From positions 204,270 to 268,269 of the forward strand of contig JBAYIT010000001.1 in NCBI GenBank assembly GCA_041665485.1: 64,000 nucleotides of DNA. The letters are read 5' to 3'. The position numbers and the translations under genes are program-made. The stretch comes from Candidatus Shapirobacteria bacterium. Its GTDB lineage: Bacteria > Patescibacteriota > Microgenomatia > UBA12405. The notes beneath the pieces are model-generated. The model was not told the origin of the DNA and did not search any database. It worked only from the letters and a program-made list of their open reading frames with translations. This document shows positions 30,001 to 39,000 of the stretch, in pieces (positions within the stretch are counted from its first letter, which is position 1; every line of letters starts with the position of its first letter).

Positions 30001-33000
30001 TTACCTACATCGAAACCTAATGCGGAATTCACCCAGCTTGACCCTCTTTCAAATCCCCCAGTTATTCTTGATGCACTTCCAATCCAACCGGCACTACTAC
30101 CGTCATTGTTTTGAAAGACAATACTTGGGGAATATCTTCCGGGAGAGGAAGGAGAGCTGGTTAGAGTAAGTTGGGGATTATTGGCTGAGCCTGTAGTACT
30201 ATATAGGTGTAGTGAGCTTGTCGGAGCAGTTGTTCCAATACCAACATTGCCACTAGCATGAAGATTAGTAAAGCTAGCGGTGCCACCGACATTGAGAAGA
30301 TAGAGAGCGTTGGTGGAGCCAATACCAAGGCGAGTAGAGATTAAAGCATCGCCATTGACATGGAGTTTGTAGAGAGGAGCGGTGGTACCAATGCCAACAT
30401 TGCCGGTGGAATTTAGAAAAAGCTGGTTATCCCAACCGGTGATATCACCAGTGGTAGAAGTGGAAGAAGCAAGAAGTAATCCGTTACTATAGCCACGAAT
30501 TTGAGTGGCGGCGTTACTGACAATATGTCTTAGTGTACTACCAACGGCGACAGCATTAAAACGGATGGAACCACTTTGGTAGAGAGAGAGAGAACTGTCG
30601 CTAATTGAAGTAGAGTTAGATGTGTTGAAGTAGTAAGCGGTATTGCCAATGTCGACGAACTTGGTGCCAGTGATGATGCCGTTGGCGCTGATGGTGGCGG
30701 AGGAGCCAACACTTAGAGTGCCACCGATACTAAGATTGGTGGTAAAGTTGCCATTACCGATGACGTTGAGTTTAGCGGTGCTAGTAGCGCCGATGCCAAC
30801 ATTACCACCAAACATAGCATTGCCATTAATGCGTAAGTTAGCAGTTTGATCAGCGGTAAATTGATTTTGGACGAAGTCACCGGTGTTACCAATATTTAAA
30901 TAATAACTACCATGTTGGCCATCGAGGAGATCAGCACTTAGGTTGGTGACAGTGTTGGTGCTACCGACAGAGACAAAAGTACCACCGATGGTTAAGTTGG
31001 TGGTGATATTGGCAGAACCACTAACGTTGAGCTTGTAGGAAGAATTGGTTGCGCCGATTCCTAATGGTCCAAACATACTGACAGATCCGTATTTAAGATA
31101 ATCGTTGTAATTTGTAGAGAAAGCGTTGGCTTGATCGCCTTCGTAGAGCGAAACTGAATCGATCCAATCTGTATCACCGGCATGGGAAGTGCCGGTGTTG
31201 GTTAACATGAATATACTTATGGTTTTGTCGTCACCGATGGTGAAATTGGTTGACTGCCAGTGCCAGGCGTCGTCTTTAATGAGAGTTTGGTTGCCGTAGG
31301 CGACAATATAAGAGGTTCCATCATAAACACCGAGTTGAAGAGGGAGAGTGTTGGTTGAGCTAGATTTATACCAAAAGTTTAAGGTGTATTTTCTGGCCGT
31401 TGTCAGAGTGCTTCGAGGAGGGACGGTGTATTTTGCTCCTTGCCAGGCGCCACCATCAACCATTTTTAAAGAGTAGGTTGACTTATAGCCGGTGTCTCGG
31501 GAGAAGGTGCCACCATTGGATATCCAGGCGTCGGGAATGGATGAAGTGCCGATATTCCAATAATCAAAATTGCCATTGTTGATTAAATTGGCGGGAGCAT
31601 TGGTGCCGTCGCCACCAACCAGGTGCCCGGATAGATTAAGATTGCCGGAAATATCAACTTTTTGAGAGGGGGCGGTGGTGCCAAATCCGACATTGCCAGA
31701 AGAGGCGATGTATAAAGCCTGGGTGTTGGAATTGATACCTAAGAAAGAAAGGCCAAAAGAAGAAACACCAATGTTGGTGTTTTGAGTTAGTGTTCCTCCT
31801 AGTCCAACAGAACTGGTGCCGATGGATTGAAGGCCATTGGTGGCAGCAATAAAGTCATTGGCGCCATTTTTATCCCAAGCAGTAGTGTCTAAATAACCAA
31901 CTAAACCACTATTACCACTCAAGAAAGCAGCCACACTTGATCCACCAATGGCAGTATTAGAAAGGTTTAAAGAAGCAGTGGTGGTGGTGGTGCCAACACT
32001 TAAATCAGCGTTAGTGTAGATAGAAGCGGTTGAAGTTCCACCTACACCTAGTTTAGTAAAGACACCTTCACCAGTAACATGGAGCTTGTAAAGAGGATTG
32101 GTGGTGCCAAGGCCAATGTTGGTGCCGGAGTCATAGATAAGAGAGTTGGTAATGCTGACAGTGGCAGTAGTGCCAGTGAATTTAGTGAGGTAGCCGGAAA
32201 TAGGGTTGTTATCAACCAAGGCGATGTCTTTGTAGGTGGTATAGGCGGCGGTGCTACCGAAACTGCCTTGGTAAAGACGCATTCCCAAGCTAGACTTGTT
32301 AAATTCGAGGAGGTTTTGATTTCCACCTGAACCATCGAGATATGAATTAAGATGGAGGAAGTCTGCCCAAGGGCCGGCACTATTGTTGTTGTAGGCAGTA
32401 AAACCGAATTTTAGATTACTAGTGTTGACTTCAGTAGGACCTATTGAACGGTTGTCTTCCCCGTAGAGGCTAAGAGCTGGCCCACCTTCAGCGTTGGAAG
32501 TGGCGTAATTACCAGTAGTTTGAGTGCCGAGAGTAACATCTCCCCAAGAAAGATCACCATGCATAAGTTGGTTGACAGTACCGGAAGTGCCAATGAGTTG
32601 ATTGGTGGCATTGGTTCTAACCAGAGTGTTGGCGGTGACATTAGTTAGAGTAAGAGTATTACCAATAGAAAGAGTATTGCCAAAAACAGAAGCACCACTA
32701 ACACCAATGCCACCCGAGCTGATAGTTAAACCGGCAAAAAGAGGGGTAGCCCCGGTGTGGATGTTTTGAGGCAGGGAAAGGGTAACGGCTCCGGTGGGGT
32801 TGGAAGCAGTAATTTGATTAGTGGTACCAAGAATGCTGGTAACACCAATATTACTAAAGACATTGGTACTAGAAAGACTAATACCAACACCGGCGGTGTA
32901 AAGAGTGCCAGCACCACTAGTAAAAGCGCCAGCTCCTAAAACATTTTTGTATAAGTTACCAGATGAATCAATAAAAACGGCGGTGGTGCCGACGCCGGTT

Positions 33001-36000
33001 GTGCCAATTCCTAAACCAGAAAAATTAACAGTTCCGCCAACTCCCAAACTTCCAGTTCCACCGACTTGGAGAGTGTAAGAAGGGGTGGTAGTGGCAATAC
33101 CGACTTTACCGGTGGCATCGATTACTAATGCTACGCCACTTGCAAAAGTTTCAGAACCGTATCCAATCTTAAATTTGTGACTATCAGAGCCATCTCTACC
33201 AATCGACCATGAGGTACTTGTATTGGATCTAAAATTTATAACGCTATTGTTTGTAGATTTACCTTGTAAATATAGTAATGCGTTACCAGAGGCGACGTTG
33301 TCTATCATTACCCCAGAAGTCCCCACTATATCTAGGTTAACTCTTGGCCCCGTCGTTCCAATGCCAACATTGCCATTAGCCTTTAAATAAAGTGATTGAG
33401 TATTACCCGTACCCAGGAAAGAAAGATTGTAGGAAGAAAGATTAATGTTGGTGTTTTGAGTAAGTGTTCCACCTAGGCCAATAGATAGTTGATCAGTGCC
33501 AGAGATAGAAGTACCAATACCATTGTAACCAAGAATAGAAGCAGTATTACCAAGACCAATAGATTGAGCAGTACCCAGGGAACCAGCCAACATCCAACTA
33601 ACATTGGCTGATTGAGCATAACGATTATCAAGATCAACAGTGGCCAAAGAAGTGAGATGACCAAGACCATCAAGACCAATGTCTTGAATGACAATACCAT
33701 TACTGTTGTCAGAGGAAGCTTGAGAGGAAGTATCGGCGTGAGAGATAGTGGCACCAACTCCAGTACCGGTAACCACCATACTAGTTCCAGCTTGGAGATT
33801 AAGTAAACCATCAAAGGCCAGACCATTTAAAGCTCTTTTACTAACCACATTATTACTATCGATAAACAAGGCAGTGGTACCAGTACCAGCGACAGTGGAG
33901 GCACTTAAAGTTAAAGTACCACCGATGCCGACATTGGCAGAGAAAGAAGAAGTACCGGTAATACCAATACCACCACTGTTAATGAAAAGTGAATAGGTAC
34001 TATGAGTAGCTCCAACACCTAGTTTAGTAAAGACACCTTCACCAGCTACTTGGAATTTGTAGAGTGGGGCAGTGGTACCAATGCCGACATTACCAGCTGA
34101 CAAGATAGACATGGCATCTACGGGAGTGCCAGCAGTTCGAGTTCTAAAAAAGATACCGCCTAAAACAGCACTATTGTAAGTATTGTCGATATATAGGTTG
34201 GCAACACCATTACCGTTATAGTGAATGAGACCTTGGTAGGCAGCGTTGTTACCAATGGCGACCGAGCCATTATATGCTTGTGCCCCACCGATTGGATCCC
34301 AACCGTTGAACGTTGCTTGGGTGACGGAATTACTATAAACATTAAATGGACTAGTTGGATTAGTCATACCGATGCCTACATTGCCATTGGTAGTAATAGC
34401 CAGGGCTTGGGTGTTGTTATTAACACCCATGATGTAGAGATTGTTAGCACCAGTATTAATGAAAGTATTTTGAGTTAATGTTCCACCTAGACCAATAGAT
34501 AGTTGATCAGTGCCAGAGACAGAAGTACCAATACCATTGTAACCAAGAATAGAAGCGGTATTACCAATACCGACTTGTTGAGCAGTACCAGTATTGCCAG
34601 CCAACATCCAACTAATGTAAGTGTTGTCTTGAAAGGCTAATCCACCTAAAGCTCTTTTACTAACCACATTATTACTATCGATAAACAAGGCAGTGGTACC
34701 AGTACCAGCGACAGTGGAGGCACTTAAAGTTAAAGTACCACCGATGCCGACATTGGCAGTAAAAGAAGTATTGGGAGTAATGGTTAGTCCAAGTCCGGCG
34801 ATAGTAGTTAAGTAGGAAGCATTACCAAAGGTAACAGTAGCACCATTACCCATAAACAAAGGTGACTTGGCAGCAGTAGTAGCAGTAAGAGTGTTGCCAA
34901 CAGAAAGTGTGCCGGTGACACTACCATTACCAGTGACAGACAAAGAAGCGGTAGTAAGAGTGGTGCCAACAGAGAGACTGTTACCAAACACCGAAGCACC
35001 ACTAACTCCAATACCACCAGCGCTGATGGTCAATCCGGCAAAGAGAGGAGTGGAAGAAGTAGTTAGGTGTTGACCAGTGTTAAAGGCAAGTTGGCTGTCA
35101 CCAATAGAATCACCAATGATAGCCAGGGAGACACCAACTCCTTCACCGGCAGTACCAGTAACCCCAATTTGACTATTACCGATAATGGTAGAAACATAAT
35201 TACCGGCAGTTTGAGTGCCGAGAGTAACATCTCCCCAAGAAAGATCACCATGCATAAGTTGGTTGACAGTACCGGAAGTACCAATGAGTTGATTGGTGGC
35301 ATTGGTTCTAACCAGAGTGTTGGCGGTGACATTGGTTAAAGTGAGAGTGTTGCCAATAGAAAGAGTATTGCCAAAAACAGAAGCACCACTAACACCAATC
35401 CCACCCGAGCTGATAGTTAAACCGGCAAAAAGAGGGGTAGCCCCGGTGTGGATGTTTTGAGGAAGAGTTAAAGTAACAGCTCCGGTTTGAGCAGTAGCCG
35501 TAGTGCCATTGGCTAGTATTTGATTGGCAGTGCCAGTTAAAGAAAGGACACCAGTATTAGTAATGGTCAAAGCATCGGTACCGGAAATGGAAGTGCCAAT
35601 ACCACTACCAGCTAAGAAAGAAGCAGTATTACCAAGACCAATAGATTGAGCAGTACCCAGGGAACCAGCCAACATCCAACTAACATTGGCTGATTGAGCA
35701 TAACGAGAATCAAGATCAACAGTGGCTAGGGAAGTCAAATGACCAAGACCATCAAGACCAATGTCTTGGATGACAATACCATTACTATTGTCAGATGAAG
35801 CTTGAGAAGAAGTATCGGCATGAGAGATGGTGGCACCAACTCCGGTACCAGTAACCACCATACTAGTACCAGCTTGGAGATTAAGTAAACCATCAAAGGC
35901 AAGACCATTTAATGCTCTCCGACTAACAACATTATTACTATCGATAAACAAGGCAGTGGTACCAGTACCAGAGACAGTAGAGGCACTTAAAGTTAAAGTA

Positions 36001-39000
36001 CCACCGATGCCAACGTTGTTAGTAAAACTTGAATTACCAGTAACACCAATACCACCAGCATTAACAAAGAGATTTTGAGCAAAGGTAGATCGGCCAGTGA
36101 CAGCCAGAGTACCACCGATACTTAAGTTACCAGTGAGATTACCATTACCACTAACATACAAAGCATTAGTATCTGTTCCTCCTACACCTAACTTAGTAAA
36201 GACACCGGCACCAGCAACTTGGAGAGGGTAAAGAGGGGCAGTAGTGCCGATACCGACGTTGCCACCACTTTTAATAGTGACATTTGCAGTATTATTCGTC
36301 CCCAAAATAACGTCATTAGTACCATAAGTTCCTATTACTAAACCTCTTCCCGTTCCACCATTAGGGTTATTTATAATAAAATCATTGGCGTTTCTAGCTG
36401 CTCCCAAAATTGAAGCTACATTATTATTGACACCTGGAACCATAAAAGCCAGGTACTGTCCAGTCGTATCTCCTACCATAAAGCGAAAATCAGCATTAGT
36501 TCCTGTACTTGTATTTTTCATCTGAACCCCTGATATACCGTCCACGTTGTCGCTAATTAAAACCTTTGGAACTGATCCAGAAAGTATGGGGGTAGTAATC
36601 AGACCTCCAATATCAAAAGTGGCATATGGACTTGTAGTCCCAATACCAACATTGCCATTGGTAGTAATCGCCAGAGCTTGGGTGTTGTTATTAACACCCA
36701 TGATGTAGAGATTGTTAGCACCAGTATTAATGAAAGTATTTTGAGTAAGTGTTCCACCAAGGCCAATAGATAATTGATCAGTGCCAGAGACAGAAGTACC
36801 AATACCATTGTAACCAAGGATAGAAGCGGTATTACCAATACCAACTTGTTGAGCAGTACCAGTATTGCCAGCCAACATCCAACTAATGTAGGTGTTGTCT
36901 TGAAAAGCGAGTCCGCCGAGAGCTCTCCGACTAACAACATTATTACTATCGATAAACAAGGCAGTGGTACCAGTACCAGCGACAGTGGAGGCACTTAAAG
37001 TTAAAGTACCACCGATGCCGACGTTGGCAGTAAAAGAAGTATTGGGAGTAAGAGTAATTCCGGAACCAAGAATGGTGGTTAAACCACTGGCATGACCAAG
37101 AGTAAGAGCACTACCATTGTTACTAAAGATGGGAGAGAAAACAGAGGCAGAGAAAGTAGGAGCATTAGTAGTACCAATGGTGACAGTAGAACCAGAGATA
37201 GTATTTAAGATGTTAGTGCCATTGGCAAAATTAACAGTAACACCAACACCGATAGCAGTACTACCAGCACCAGTAGCTTGCAAAAACCAACGATCATCAC
37301 TACCACTCTTATCCCAACTACTAGTATCAAGATAACCAATCAAACCACTATTACCAGAAAGGAAAGCCGCCACACTTGATCCACCAATGGCAGTGTTACT
37401 TAGATTTAAAGAAGCAGTGGTGGTGGTGGTGCCAACACTTAAATCAGCATTAGTGTAGATAGAAGCGGTTGAAGTCCCACCTACCCCTAGTTTAGTAAAG
37501 ACACCAGCACCAGCAACTTGGAGGGGATAAAGGGGAGCGGTGGTGCCGATGCCGACATTGCCAGCCGTAGTAATCGCCAAAGCTTGGGTGTTGTTATTAA
37601 CACCCATGATGTAGAGATTGTTGGTGCCAGTGTTAATGAAAGTGTTTTGAGTAAGTGTTCCACCTAGGCCAAATGTAATTTGACTAGTACCAACTGAAGT
37701 AGAGGTAATACCATTTAGACCAGTAAAGGATAAAGTGGTGCCACCACTGATGGTTTGATTACTAGAAGCTTTAGCAATCCAGTTGTAGGTACTAGCAGTA
37801 CTATCGAGGAAAGCTAGAGCACCTAATGCTCTTTTACTAACGACATTATTACTATCAATAAACAAAGCAGTGGTACCACTACCAGCAACAGTGGAAGCAC
37901 TTAAAGTTAGAGTACCACCGATGCCGACGTTGTTAGTAAAACTTGAATTACCAGTAACACCAATACCACCAGCATTAACAAAGAGATTTTGAGCAAAGGT
38001 AGATCGGCCAGTAACAGCCAGAGTGCCACCAACATCAAGGTTGGTGGTAAATCGACCACTGCCGGTAACATCAAGTTTGTAGGCGGGGGAAGTGTTGCCA
38101 ATACCAACCGAGCCGTTGGCTTGAATGTAAAGATTGGTGTTGGCGCCAGATCCGGAAGTAATTTTGAGAGAATAATTGGAGGAAGAGGTGGAGCCAATAT
38201 CGAGATTGAGACCATTGCCGGAAGAATTTGACGAAACAAGAGAGGCAAGGTTACCAGAGCCTGATGAACCGATACTAAAAACAGTGCCAGTGGCTTTGGT
38301 GTAAAGCTGGGAGAGGTTAAGAATGTTGGCAGTGTCGGAACATGATCCGGAAGACTCGGTGCATTTGGAGGAGAAATTGACCAAGGGGTTAAGGATACTA
38401 AGACTACCGCCGGTGGCTGGTTGGAGAGAAACGGTGGCGCCGGCCCAGATGGAGAGGGTGTTGATGGTGTAACTACTGCTGGTGTTAGCGGCGCCGATTT
38501 GGTAACTGGCAACTCCGGTCACTTGATTAATGCCCTGATTCCAGAGAGATGTTTGCCCGGCTCCAAGGGTAACTGTTCTAACGTTATTAACAGACAGAGT
38601 GGAAAAAACAATTTCTGAAGCATTACTACTAGTGCCGATGGAAAGGTTGGTATTCATGCCACTGGCGGTAGTGGCAACGCCAATAGGGGTAATTTGATTA
38701 ACATTGTAAAAACTGGCAGCGCCGGCGACGAGGCTGGCAGCTTGACCGGACATGGTGATTCCGATGCTGTAAGTGCCAGGAGTAGGGGCAACCAGATACC
38801 AAATATCGGCCCAGGTTTGAGTGCCGGAGGCGGTGGTGGCTTTGGTGAGTGGGGTACCGTTCCAGTAAATGCCGGAAACGGTGCGGGTAAGACTGTTTTG
38901 ATAATTGACACCGACAATTAAAATGTTGTTGGAGTTATTGCCAACTGTGTGGTTGAAATTGAGATTGGTGGTATTACTGACACCGATGGAAGAATTGGCA

